Assembly: GCF_041660805.1 (NCBI RefSeq)
Contig: NZ_JBAZVP010000020.1
Coordinates: 3,681-67,680, forward strand
Reading direction: 5' to 3'
DNA length: 64,000 bases
DNA from: Mucilaginibacter sp.
Lineage (GTDB): Bacteria; Bacteroidota; Bacteroidia; Sphingobacteriales; Sphingobacteriaceae
Shown: positions 51,157-60,898 of the stretch, in pieces
Position numbering within the stretch: position 1 is the stretch's first letter
How the letters are laid out: each line of letters begins with the position of its first letter
Translations under genes and position numbers: made by a program
Notes under the pieces: model-generated
The model's input: only the letters and a program-made list of their open reading frames with translations
Database searches by the model: none
Told to the model about the DNA's origin: nothing

Positions 51157-52464
51157 ATGCAACCTTTTAAAAATATCGACTCAAATATTAAAGATCAGTT
51201 ATCTGCTATCATTAAAAAGAACACCACTAAGGAAATCATTGCGGGTAAAAATTATATACCGGTAACCGGTAAAATAGTGGATGAAGAAGATATTTTATAT
51301 GGAGTTGATGCCGCATTAGATGGCTGGTTGACCGCTGGCCGTTTTGCTAATTCTTTTGAATACGATTTTGCCAAATACTTTGGAGCACCCAAAGCATTAC
51401 TGGTGAACTCTGGCTCATCTGCCAATTTGGTAGCCTTTTACGCACTTACTTCTACAAAATTGGGCGACCGTGCAGTAAAACCGGGTGATGAGGTGATTAC
51501 GGTTGCCGCGGGTTTCCCAACTACTGTAAACCCAATGATCCAGTTTGGTGCTATCCCGGTGTTTGTTGACGTTGATATTGCAACACATAACGTAAAAGCC
51601 GAAGATATTGAGGCGGCTGTATCACCCAAAACAAAAGCAATAATGATTGCGCACTCCCTGGGCAACCCATTTAACCTGGATGAGGTGATGCGTGTAGCAA
51701 AAAAATATAACCTTTGGGTAGTTGAGGATGACTGTGATTCGTTAGGTGCAACTTACAGAGGGCAGAAAACCGGTACGTTTGGTGACATATCTACTTTCTC
51801 TTTCTATCCGGCCCATCACATTACTATGGGCGAGGGCGGTGCCGTTTTAATAAATAATCCTGAGCTGGCCAAAGTTGCCGAAAGTTTTAGGGATTGGGGC
51901 CGCGATTGTTATTGCGAACCCGGAAAGGATAATACCTGCGGATGCCGTTTTTCTCAACAATTAGGATCATTGCCTTATGGGTACGATCATAAATATACTT
52001 ACTCGCATATTGGGTTTAACTTAAAAGTTACTGATATGCAGGCGGCATTTGGTGTATCACAATTAAAGAAAATTGATTATTTCGTACAGCGTAGAAGGGA
52101 AAATTTCAAGGCCCTTTATGAACGTATGAAAGAATTGGAAGAGATATTTATCCTACCTGAGCCAACTTTGCATAGCGATCCATCATGGTTTGGCTTTCTT
52201 TTAACCTTACGGGAAGGAGATGCCGCTGACAGGCATATGTTAGTGCAACATTTAGAAGAAAAGATGATTGGTACCCGCTTATTGTTTGGGGGTAACTTAT
52301 TACGTCAGCCTGCTTATGCCAACATAAATCATCGTACAATTGGTAACCTTGAAAATACTGATATTATTATGAATCAGTCTTTTTGGCTGGGGGTTTGGCC
52401 AGGGTTAAATGAGAGCCACTACGATTATATGTTGGACGTTATTAAGGCTTATATTAATAATTAA
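51157..52464 (+). CDS. rfbH: CDP-6-deoxy-L-threo-D-glycero-4-hexulose-3-dehydrase (E1; PMP/2Fe-2S DegT-family enzyme)
   Basis: 435 aa with a DegT/DnrJ/EryC1 fold. His replaces the Schiff-base Lys (SFYPAHHIT). Cys spacing is exactly C-X57-C-X1-C-X7-C (DDC...[12 protein letters not shown]). Confidence 0.92.
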   Translation: MQPFKNIDSNIKDQLSAIIKKNTTKEIIAGKNYIPVTGKIVDEEDILYGVDAALDGWLTAGRFANSFEYDFAKYFGAPKALLVNSGSSANLVAFYALTSTKLGDRAVKPGDEVITVAAGFPTTVNPMIQFGAIPVFVDVDIATHNVKAEDIEAAVSPKTKAIMIAHSLGNPFNLDEVMRVAKKYNLWVVEDDCDSLGATYRGQKTGTFGDISTFSFYPAHHITMGEGGAVLINNPELAKVAESFRDWGRDCYCEPGKDNTCGCRFSQQLGSLPYGYDHKYTYSHIGFNLKVTDMQAAFGVSQLKKIDYFVQRRRENFKALYERMKELEEIFILPEPTLHSDPSWFGFLLTLREGDAADRHMLVQHLEEKMIGTRLLFGGNLLRQPAYANINHRTIGNLENTDIIMNQSFWLGVWPGLNESHYDYMLDVIKAYINN

Positions 52465-52498
52465 GTGAGTATTAGAAGGTGAAGATTATTGAAAACTT

Positions 52499-52640
52499 GT
52501 TGCCCATGATGATTTTAAAAAATAAACATCAGCAGTCTAAAAAAGGCACATTCATCAGTAATTTACGATATAAAAACGATGTTAGATGAGGGTATAATAG
52601 ATAGGCGTTTATAAGTACTTTAATGTTTAAACCTGCAAAA
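52499..52640 (+). pseudogene. direct repeat copy B: degenerate 3' fragment of the UDP-HexNAc dehydrogenase gene
   Basis: About 93 percent identical (by eye) to 41131-41273. The reading frame equivalent to the parental gene hits TAA after VAHDDFKK, so it is not coding. Confidence 0.85.
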
Positions 52641-52646
52641 TTATCT

Positions 52647-52654
52647 TAACTTTG
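52647..52654 (+). promoter_or_regulatory. candidate -7 promoter box TAACTTTG for the export genes
   Basis: Matches TAnnTTTG immediately after repeat copy B, 53 nt upstream of the ATG at 52707. Confidence 0.4.
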
Positions 52655-52706
52655 CCCAAATTTAAATAAAGCTATCTTTATAAGATAATAGATTTAAAAA
52701 CCAAGT

Positions 52707-55226
52707 ATGAGACTACTGTACAAAGCCAATTTTAAATATAAATATTTCCTTTTATCGGTTTTATGTTGTTTTGCAATGTTGCTTGTAAGGCCGGCATTCG
52801 CCCAAACTATTCCTTCTAACCTGTCTAATGTAAATGTTAACGAGTTATCTGATGCTCAGATAAGGCAAATAATGCAGCAGGCGCAAACAAATGGCTTAAC
52901 CGATGACCAGTTAATGCAAACTTTAGAAGATCGTGGCCTGTCATCAGAACAATCAAAAATACTGCAAAACCGTATTAACGGTATTAAAAAGGCTAATGGT
53001 GCAACCAATGATAAACCCTTAAAATCAAAGCAGGAGGACAATGAATTTCAATCACAAAGCAGGGGGTTGAATTATAAACCTGATACCCTTATTGATACAC
53101 AAAGAACCCAAAAGATAGTGAACATGTTTCAACCAAAAATATTTGGTGCTGATATGTTTAAAAATACTAATTTAAAGTTTGAGCCTAATCTAAAAATAGC
53201 CACACCTGTAAATTACATTGTGGGCCCCGAAGATCAATTAAATATCAGCGTTTATGGTAACTCTTTAGTAAACTGGAAGCTTGATGTATCGCCGGAAGGT
53301 AATGTTAATATACCCGGCGCTGGTATATTGAATGTTGCAGGTAAAACTATTGAACAGGCTACCGCATCAATAAAAAGTAAATTAATTGCAAATAATTATG
53401 CAATTGGCAGGGGTACAGACGTGCAGGTCAGTTTGGGTAATATCCGGAGTATAAAAGTAATAATGGTAGGAGAGCTTGTAAAGCCTGGTACTTATACACT
53501 ACCATCATTGGCAACGGCATTTAATGCTTTGTCTTCTGCAGGCGGGCCAAATGATATAGGTTCATACAGAAAAATAGAAATAATAAGAAATAATAGGGTT
53601 ATAAGAACTTTAGATATTTATGATTTCCTGGTTAAGGGCAGTCAGAAAGATAATATTTCATTACAGGATCAGGATGTAATACGTGTGCCATCTTACCGTA
53701 TCCGTGTTGATTTAAGAGGCGAAGTAAAAACGCCCGCACTATTTGAGGTTTTACCCGGCGAAAATTTAGATGATGTTATCAGATTTTCCGGAGGTTTTTC
53801 TGACCAGGCGTACACTGCACGCATAAAGGTTACACAAGTGAGTGATCAGCAACGCCGTATCACCGATGTTTTTGAAAACGACTATAAAAACTACATCCCG
53901 CTGCGCGGTGATAAATATGTAGTTGACAGGATACTAGACAGATATACTAATCGTGTAACTATTTTAGGCGCAGTTTTCAGACCCGGTGAATTTGAATTGC
54001 AAAACGGATTAACTGTATCACAATTAATTAAAAACGCAGGTGGTTTAAAAGAGGATGCCTTTACGGGGCGGGGAAGTATTATCAGATTAAATACTGATAA
54101 TTCAACACAGCAGCTTTCATTTAATGTAAATGATGTGTTAAATAAGGCTTCGGCAGATATACGTTTGCAAAGAGAAGATAGTGTAACCATATCATCAAAA
54201 TTTGATCTGCGTAATCAATACAAGATCACTATTAAAGGTGAAGTAAGAAAGCCCGGTGATTTTAATTATGCCGATAGCATGAAAGTTGCCGATCTTATAA
54301 TCAGGGCCGGAGGCTTTACAGAAGGAGCAAGTGCAAAACGTATTGAAGTATCGCGCAGAGTATTTGACAGTGATCCAAGAGCGATAAACACTAAAGTTGC
54401 ACAAGTTTATACCGTTAATGTTAGTGCCGATCTTAAAACGGAGGATACAAATTTTTCATTGGAGCCTTATGATATAGTTTCTGTTTACAGTTTACCGGGA
54501 TATGAAACACAAAAAACGGTTAAAGTTGAGGGTGAGGTGATATATCCGGGTTGGTATACGATACAAAAGAAAAATGAAAAAATTTCTGATGTGATTGCAC
54601 GTGCGGGTGGCTTAACACAATCGGCAGATGTTGAAGGCGGTAGCCTTAAACGTGATAATGCAGCAGTATTAGGTATAGATAAAACTAAAATTGATACAAA
54701 CGCACTAAACAAAGAGCGTACTGACCGTTTAAGAAGGCTTCAACGAACTTATAAAGATTCAACAACTACTGATACAACCCAATTAAGAAATAATTATGTA
54801 GGTATTGATCTTAAAAATATATTACTTAAACCCGGTGCAAATCAAGATCTTATTTTAGAGAATGGAGATGTCTTAAGGGTACCTAAACAACAGCAAACAG
54901 TTAGAGTGAACGGCGAAGTGCTTTACCCAAGTGCAGTAGTTTATACTAAAGGGAAAAGTTTTAGAGGTTTTGTTCTGAATGCCGGTGGGTTCTCACCCAA
55001 TGCTTTAAAAAGCGGAGCATATGTTGTTTATCCTAATGGAACGGTTAAGGGTACAAGAAAATTCTTATTTTTTAATAGTCATCCCAGTGTTAAACCCGGC
55101 AGTGAAATTTATGTTCCTAAGAAGCCTGAAAAGAAAGGAAACACTACTCAGGAAATTTTAGCTTTTACAACAGGTTTAGCTTCATTAGGAGCGATTATAT
55201 TAGGAATATTAAACTTATCAAAGTAA
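52707..55226 (+). CDS. wza: outer-membrane polysaccharide export protein (Wza-like, multiple SLBB domains)
   Basis: 839 aa with a signal peptide. Poly_export motif YIVGPEDQLNISVYGN, then several repeats of the SLBB pattern (G.V..PG.Y.......L.D.I..AGG), and a C-terminal hydrophobic helix. Confidence 0.85.
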   Translation: MRLLYKANFKYKYFLLSVLCCFAMLLVRPAFAQTIPSNLSNVNVNELSDAQIRQIMQQAQTNGLTDDQLMQTLEDRGLSSEQSKILQNRINGIKKANGATNDKPLKSKQEDNEFQSQSRGLNYKPDTLIDTQRTQKIVNMFQPKIFGADMFKNTNLKFEPNLKIATPVNYIVGPEDQLNISVYGNSLVNWKLDVSPEGNVNIPGAGILNVAGKTIEQATASIKSKLIANNYAIGRGTDVQVSLGNIRSIKVIMVGELVKPGTYTLPSLATAFNALSSAGGPNDIGSYRKIEIIRNNRVIRTLDIYDFLVKGSQKDNISLQDQDVIRVPSYRIRVDLRGEVKTPALFEVLPGENLDDVIRFSGGFSDQAYTARIKVTQVSDQQRRITDVFENDYKNYIPLRGDKYVVDRILDRYTNRVTILGAVFRPGEFELQNGLTVSQLIKNAGGLKEDAFTGRGSIIRLNTDNSTQQLSFNVNDVLNKASADIRLQREDSVTISSKFDLRNQYKITIKGEVRKPGDFNYADSMKVADLIIRAGGFTEGASAKRIEVSRRVFDSDPRAINTKVAQVYTVNVSADLKTEDTNFSLEPYDIVSVYSLPGYETQKTVKVEGEVIYPGWYTIQKKNEKISDVIARAGGLTQSADVEGGSLKRDNAAVLGIDKTKIDTNALNKERTDRLRRLQRTYKDSTTTDTTQLRNNYVGIDLKNILLKPGANQDLILENGDVLRVPKQQQTVRVNGEVLYPSAVVYTKGKSFRGFVLNAGGFSPNALKSGAYVVYPNGTVKGTRKFLFFNSHPSVKPGSEIYVPKKPEKKGNTTQEILAFTTGLASLGAIILGILNLSK

Positions 55227-55234
55227 GTTAACTA

Positions 55235-56317
55235 ATGAATAATCAAGAAAATATTAAGACAGATTTTGATGGTATTACTTTAAGAGATTGGCTTTATAAA
55301 TTACGCAATCTTTGGATTTATCTGTGTACTAAATGGCTTTTACTTTTTACTGCATGTATTTTAGGAGGCATTTTAGGCTTTACCTATGCTTTGTTTGAGA
55401 AGCCGATTTACAAAGCAGAACTTAGTTTTGCACTTGAAGATGAGAAATCGTCAGGCGGAGGAATTGGTGCTGCCTTAGGTTTAGCTAGCCAATTTGGAAT
55501 TGATTTGGGTGGAAGTGGGGGTGGGGCGTTTTCAGGTGATAACTTGTTAATGCTAATGAAATCTCGTTCAATGGTGGAGAGTGCATTATTAAGCCCTGTG
55601 TACGTTAATAAAAAGCAACAAACATTATTAGAGCTTTATATATCATATAATAATCTTCGGAAAGGTTGGAAAAATAATGTCCAATTGAAAAACATCCAAT
55701 TTTTATTACGCACCGAACGTTCCAAATTTACCATACAACAAGACAGTGTTATGGGCAGCATTTACAATAAAATAGTTTCATCAAATTTATCTGTAGATAA
55801 GTTTGACAAAAAATTAACTATAATTACGGTTGCTGTTAAGTCTGAGAATGAGTTATTTTCAAAACAATTCACAGAGGCCTTAGTGAAGACAGTATCCAAC
55901 TTTTATATAGAAACTAAAACAAAAAAATCTACACAGAATGTTCTAATACTACAACGTCAAACAGACTCGGTAAGGCGTGAGTTGAATGGAGCAATTAATG
56001 GTGTTGCAACATCAGTAGATGTTAACCCAAATGCAAACCCAACATTACAGATTTTAAGGGTTCCATCCCAACGACATCAAGTTGATGTTCAGGCAAACCA
56101 AGCTATTTTAACTGAATTAGTTAAAAATCTTGAGATTTCTAAAGTTTCTTTGAGACGTGAAACACCTTTAATACAAATAATTGATAAACCAATATTGCCG
56201 CTTGAAAAAAATAGACTTGGAATAGTTAAGGGAATTATTTTGGGTGGGTTCTTATTTGGATTTTTATTTACATTGTATCTGGTCATTTCTAAAGCAATCA
56301 AAGATGTTATGATTTAA
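55235..56317 (+). CDS. Wzz-like polysaccharide chain-length determinant (no kinase domain)
   Basis: 360 aa. N-terminal TM followed by PIYKAELSF, a long periplasmic helical region and a C-terminal TM (GGFLFGFLFTLYLVI). Confidence 0.75.
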   Translation: MNNQENIKTDFDGITLRDWLYKLRNLWIYLCTKWLLLFTACILGGILGFTYALFEKPIYKAELSFALEDEKSSGGGIGAALGLASQFGIDLGGSGGGAFSGDNLLMLMKSRSMVESALLSPVYVNKKQQTLLELYISYNNLRKGWKNNVQLKNIQFLLRTERSKFTIQQDSVMGSIYNKIVSSNLSVDKFDKKLTIITVAVKSENELFSKQFTEALVKTVSNFYIETKTKKSTQNVLILQRQTDSVRRELNGAINGVATSVDVNPNANPTLQILRVPSQRHQVDVQANQAILTELVKNLEISKVSLRRETPLIQIIDKPILPLEKNRLGIVKGIILGGFLFGFLFTLYLVISKAIKDVMI

Positions 56318-56631
56318 ATACAATTAAATGTAGTAGGTCGTTTATAAATGAAACAATCGTTAATAGTCGTGTTTTTGTTCTACTTTTTACTTTGTTAACT
56401 TAGCTACAGTGGGCATGTAAAAGCATTATTAAAATCCTATTAAAATAGCACCGCGTTGGTTGTATTTATGATGTATTCACGCCTAATGCCCAATTCTTAG
56501 TTAAATCTTACTAAGGTCTTCACCCTGAATGCAATGTCAGGAAAAAATAATGGACAGCTATATAATTGGTTGATTATTTGAATAAATTAATAAATGTACA
56601 ACAAGAAGAATCAACAAAACAACATTTGAAT

Positions 56632-57420
56632 ATGGGAATCAAAGTATCAGCAATGGTTGTTGGAAGGAATGAGGCAAATAAATTGGACGCATGCTTAAAA
56701 TCCTTGTCCTTTTGCGATGAAATCTTATATGGTGATTTAAATTCGAGCGATAATTCAATATCGATTGCTTCAAAGCACAATTGTAAAATATTTGAGTTTA
56801 AAACTTTTGGGCCGGCTGGAGAATATACACATTCGGAACTGATAAAATACATATCAAATGATTGGGTAATATTTATTGATCCGGATGAAGTGATCGATAA
56901 TGCGTTGGCTATTGAGTTACAATGTCTATTACCAGTAATAGATAATGATCAGAAAATAGGGTCTGTGAGCGTACCATGGCAGTTTTATTTTGGTAAGTTG
57001 AGGCTTAAGGGTACAGTTTGGGGTTACAATAAATTTAAGGAGGTTATTGCAAACAAAAAAAAGTTTGATTTTTTTCCTATCACTCATTATGGCCGAAGGC
57101 TTAAACCGGGCTTTCAAACATATACCGTTATAAATACAAGCAATAATGTACTACATCATTATTGGATGGACGATATAAAAAGTTTTATCAAAAAACATAA
57201 GAAGTATTTGAAAGACGAGGGAAAAGATAAATATAATTTAGGGCAACGTACTAGCATAATACGTATTTTATTAAGTTTTTTTTATCAATTTTTTTTCTGT
57301 TTTATTATGAAAAAGGGATACAGGGACGGTTTCGTCGGGTTTTTTTTGAGTGTTTTTTGGACATGGTACACCACCAGTAGTTATATTTCTTTATACCAGA
57401 CAACATTAAAGGCTAAATGA
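56632..57420 (+). CDS. family 2 glycosyltransferase with C-terminal membrane segment
   Basis: VSAMVVGRNEANKLDACLKSL and the DxD-like IFIDPDE motif. The ATG at 56632 is preferred; the ORF-track start at 56566 is a TTG. Confidence 0.7.
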   Translation: MGIKVSAMVVGRNEANKLDACLKSLSFCDEILYGDLNSSDNSISIASKHNCKIFEFKTFGPAGEYTHSELIKYISNDWVIFIDPDEVIDNALAIELQCLLPVIDNDQKIGSVSVPWQFYFGKLRLKGTVWGYNKFKEVIANKKKFDFFPITHYGRRLKPGFQTYTVINTSNNVLHHYWMDDIKSFIKKHKKYLKDEGKDKYNLGQRTSIIRILLSFFYQFFFCFIMKKGYRDGFVGFFLSVFWTWYTTSSYISLYQTTLKAK

Positions 57421-57474
57421 TATTGAATTAGATTTTGAACGAATTAGTTATCAAAAGTTAAGTATATACATTCG

Positions 57475-58920
57475 ATGAAGTCGGTTAAAAAGAATTTTTT
57501 TTATAATTTAATGCTTACAGTAAGTAATATTCTTTTTCCGGCTATTACTTTTCCTTATGCATCTCGAGTTCTTGGCCCGGAGGGGATAGGCAAAGTTCAA
57601 TTTGTAAGTAGTTTTGTTCAGTATTTTATTTTTTTAGCAGCTTTAGGAATTCCTGTTTACGGTATAAGAGAAGTGGCTAAAGTGAAAAACCAGCCTATTG
57701 AATTACGGAAGTTGTTCACAACCTTGCTAATTTTAAATTTATGCACTAGCGTTCTATTTTGCATAATTTATGGCTGTGGCATAATCGTAATACCTATGTT
57801 GTATGCCGATAAGGCGTTTTATGCGGTCGCCATATTGATGCTTGCATTAAGTTTTTGTAATATTGATTGGTTTTTTTCGGGATTAGAGCAATTTAAGTTT
57901 ATAGCAATTCGATCATTAATTGTCAAAATTCTATTTTTGGTTGTATTGCTGTTTTTGGTTAAGAATAAATCAGACGCTATTTATTACTTGTGGGTAACTG
58001 TTGGAGCTTCTATTTTGAATAATATTTGGAATATATTTTCAGCCAAAAGTTATTTTGATCCCCAACTATTTAATTGGACATATATAAAACCACATCTAAA
58101 ACCTCTTTTTTATATATTTAGTACGGTAATAGCAGCAAGTATTTATGCGTCATTAGATACAATTTTTTTAGGTTTTTATAAAGGATTTAAAGATGTAGGT
58201 TATTATTCTTCGGCATCTAGAATCAATAAAATAACTATACCCTTTCTAACATCGTTGAGCACTGTAATGATGCCTCAAATTGCTCATGCTTTTAAAGAGA
58301 ACGATTTTGAACAAGTTAAAAGTTTGTCAAAAAAAAGCTTTGATTTTATTTTTTTGCTTGGCATACCGATGACAGTAGGTTTAATAGTTCTAGCGCCCGA
58401 ACTAATAATTTTATTTTCAGGCCATGAGTTTACTCCGGCAATAATATCCATGCAAATTATGGCTCCGGTGGTGCTAATTATAGGGTTAAGCACAATTTGG
58501 GCTGTACAAATACTTACGCCTGCATCACGGGATAAAGAAAATTCCATATCTGTTGTTATCGGACTTGGTTTAAGCTTAATATTGAATTTTTCGTTAATTC
58601 CTAAATTTGGGTATATTGGAGCTACTATATCTAATTTGCTTGCCGAATTTTGTGTAATGTGTGGTTTTGCATACTTTGCGTCTAAAGTTGTTAAGATTGA
58701 TTTTAATTATAAACTTATAATTAAAACATTGATAATATCGTTGCTATTTATACCAGTTATTTACTTTTTAAGATCCTTCTTAAAAAACCAAGAAATCAAA
58801 GTATGCTTAATAGGAGTACCTATTTGTAGTATATTATATCTTTCAATACAAATGTTTGTATTGAAAAATGCTTTATTAGTTAATCATTTACAAACCTTTA
58901 AAAAAAGAGTTAATTTATAA
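57475..58920 (+). CDS. wzx: Wzx-type oligosaccharide flippase (MOP superfamily)
   Basis: 481 aa with about 12-14 TM helices. The N-terminus SNILFPAITFPYASRVLGPEGIGKV is typical of polysaccharide biosynthesis flippases. Confidence 0.85.
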   Translation: MKSVKKNFFYNLMLTVSNILFPAITFPYASRVLGPEGIGKVQFVSSFVQYFIFLAALGIPVYGIREVAKVKNQPIELRKLFTTLLILNLCTSVLFCIIYGCGIIVIPMLYADKAFYAVAILMLALSFCNIDWFFSGLEQFKFIAIRSLIVKILFLVVLLFLVKNKSDAIYYLWVTVGASILNNIWNIFSAKSYFDPQLFNWTYIKPHLKPLFYIFSTVIAASIYASLDTIFLGFYKGFKDVGYYSSASRINKITIPFLTSLSTVMMPQIAHAFKENDFEQVKSLSKKSFDFIFLLGIPMTVGLIVLAPELIILFSGHEFTPAIISMQIMAPVVLIIGLSTIWAVQILTPASRDKENSISVVIGLGLSLILNFSLIPKFGYIGATISNLLAEFCVMCGFAYFASKVVKIDFNYKLIIKTLIISLLFIPVIYFLRSFLKNQEIKVCLIGVPICSILYLSIQMFVLKNALLVNHLQTFKKRVNL

Positions 58921-59693
58921 TGACTGGTGAATGTCCATTAATCTCGATAGTTACGGTAGTTTATAATGCTGTAAAAACCATAGAGCAAACCATTCAAAGT
59001 GTTTTACAACAATCTTATAATAATATTGAATATATTATTATTGATGGCGGATCAACGGATGGTACAGTAAAACTTGTTAAAGAATATAAACAGCTTTTTG
59101 CTCAAAAGGGGAGAAAATATAAATTTGTTTCCGAATCTGATAATGGTATATATGATGCCATGAATAAAGGTATCGCATTAAGTACAGGAGACTGGATCGG
59201 AATAATTAATAGTGATGATTTTTATGAAAAAAATGCAATACAATATGTCGTAAATACAATAGCGTCTAATCCAAGTGCAGAATTGATACATGGGAATTTG
59301 AATTTCATTGATGAGGTAGGTAACGTCAAATTTGAAATACCAAAAGAAGATTTAAATTTATTGACAAATACCATGACGATATTTCACCCGACAATTTTTA
59401 TAAAGAAACAGGTGTACGAAAAATTCGGCTTATTTAATTTAAAATATAAACTTTGCGCAGATTGGGATCTGGTTTTAAGATTGTATATGGAGCGAATTAA
59501 TTTTTGCTATTTAAATGAACTACTAGCTAATTTTAAGAATGGTGGTGCGGGTTCCGGGTTTAAGTTAATTCATTTAACGGAAAGATACAAAATTAGGCAT
59601 ACCTATAAAAATAAAAGTAGATTGCGGTTTGACCTTAAGGATATTTTAGTCTATCTATATTTTAGAATACACTATAATAAAACTTCAATGTAA
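58920..59693 (+). CDS. family 2 glycosyltransferase
   Basis: 257 aa. ISIVTVVYNAVKTIEQTIQSV, IIIDGGSTDGT and the NSDD (DxD) motif. The start overlaps the wzx stop by 1 nt. Confidence 0.85.
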   Translation: MTGECPLISIVTVVYNAVKTIEQTIQSVLQQSYNNIEYIIIDGGSTDGTVKLVKEYKQLFAQKGRKYKFVSESDNGIYDAMNKGIALSTGDWIGIINSDDFYEKNAIQYVVNTIASNPSAELIHGNLNFIDEVGNVKFEIPKEDLNLLTNTMTIFHPTIFIKKQVYEKFGLFNLKYKLCADWDLVLRLYMERINFCYLNELLANFKNGGAGSGFKLIHLTERYKIRHTYKNKSRLRFDLKDILVYLYFRIHYNKTSM

Positions 59694-59814
59694 TTAGATT
59701 ACAATCTCTTCATTATAATAGCTTGAAAAATCATTTTTTTATAAAAAATATAGCCATTATACACGTAGATGCCGCTCTTCTAGCATGTTTTATTGAACAT
59801 AGCTAAACATAAAT

Positions 59815-60891
59815 ATGGTATATTTTTTAATATTTATATTTTTTTCTTTATTAAGTTTGGTAAACGTTGCCAAGTTACCTGCAAATATTTCTCTGCTCAT
59901 TTTTTTTCTATCAGCATTAATATTAGTAAGTTTTGCCGGTTTTAGAGGAGATATAGAAGGTGACTATGCAAGTTATAAGGATGTTTTTCAACAAACATTA
60001 GGCAAATATACCCCTAGTTCTAACATTGAGCCAGGGTATTATTATTTTAATCATCTAATAATTACGTTAGGGTTACCCTTTCAAATAGTCATTATTTTTA
60101 TGGCTATTTTTTCTATAGTACCTAAGCTGTATTTTTTTAATAAATATTCCTATAATTTCGCTCTTTCAGTATTAATTTATTATTGCACCACATTCTTTAT
60201 TTTCGATTTTATTCAAATAAGACAGGCCGTAGCTATCGCGATTTTTATGATATCGCTGAAGTTTATAAGGGACAAAAAAATTTGGTTTTATTTATTTTGC
60301 ATAGTTTTAGCTGCACAAATACACATATCAGCAATTATACTAATTCCTGGATATTATTTCTTCAACCGTACGTATTCAAAAAAAATATTATATGGTTTAA
60401 TTGGGATTTGTAGTGTAATAAGCATTCTGCATATTACGGTTCCTTTGGTGACATTTCTTTTAAGTATCATACCTATACCGGGCTTTACAGAAACAAAATT
60501 AACATTTTATCAAAATTCTACTGATTTTTCAGGCGTGTCAATCAAACAATTGCTTTTAGCGATTTTATTTGTATTTATCAGAGATAAATACAGTTCAAAC
60601 GATAGAATGATTAATATATTTATTAATCTGTTTGTTATAGGACTCGTGCTGGCAACATTATTTAACGGTATATCTGAATTATCGTTTAGAATTAAATGGT
60701 ATTTTCTTTGGACAGAATCACTATTGATGGTGTATGTTGTTCGTTATATATCAAAATACAATTTAACAATAATTTATACAGCCTATCTTTTTATATTTAT
60801 TTTATATGGATATAGCTTAATCTCTTTACTAAATGAATTAGCCTCTAGAAGCGGTACCTATATATTTCCTTACAAATTCTTTTCCCAATAG
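59815..60891 (+). CDS. EpsG family membrane protein (Wzy-like repeat-unit polymerase candidate)
   Basis: 358 aa with about 10 TM helices. Contains DYASYKDVF and the QIRQAVAIAIF motif characteristic of EpsG. Confidence 0.7.
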   Translation: MVYFLIFIFFSLLSLVNVAKLPANISLLIFFLSALILVSFAGFRGDIEGDYASYKDVFQQTLGKYTPSSNIEPGYYYFNHLIITLGLPFQIVIIFMAIFSIVPKLYFFNKYSYNFALSVLIYYCTTFFIFDFIQIRQAVAIAIFMISLKFIRDKKIWFYLFCIVLAAQIHISAIILIPGYYFFNRTYSKKILYGLIGICSVISILHITVPLVTFLLSIIPIPGFTETKLTFYQNSTDFSGVSIKQLLLAILFVFIRDKYSSNDRMINIFINLFVIGLVLATLFNGISELSFRIKWYFLWTESLLMVYVVRYISKYNLTIIYTAYLFIFILYGYSLISLLNELASRSGTYIFPYKFFSQ

Positions 60892-60898
60892 CACATTC

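Noticed and set aside
52499-52640. The possibility that repeat copy B encodes a small protein or a functional C-terminal domain.
   Set aside because: The parental frame terminates after 8 codons (VAHDDFKK-stop). No start codon or ORF of meaningful length covers the fragment.
56318-56631. The 314-bp gap between wzz and the first GT2 gene as an ncRNA or invertible promoter.
   Set aside because: Only short hairpins were found (for example CTTAGT...ACTAAG). No flanking inverted repeats typical of invertible promoters and no conserved-looking structure are present. It is treated simply as a module junction or internal promoter region.
57055-57347. A cluster of homopolymers in the first GT2 gene (A8 at 57055-57062; T8 at 57276-57283, 57289-57296 and 57340-57347) as slipped-strand phase-variation switches.
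   Set aside because: The gene is extremely AT-rich, and the T-runs encode Phe-rich membrane segments. An A8 run also occurs in a housekeeping gene (28374-28381). Tracts of 8 are short for efficient slippage. This is only worth checking if read-level length heterogeneity is seen.
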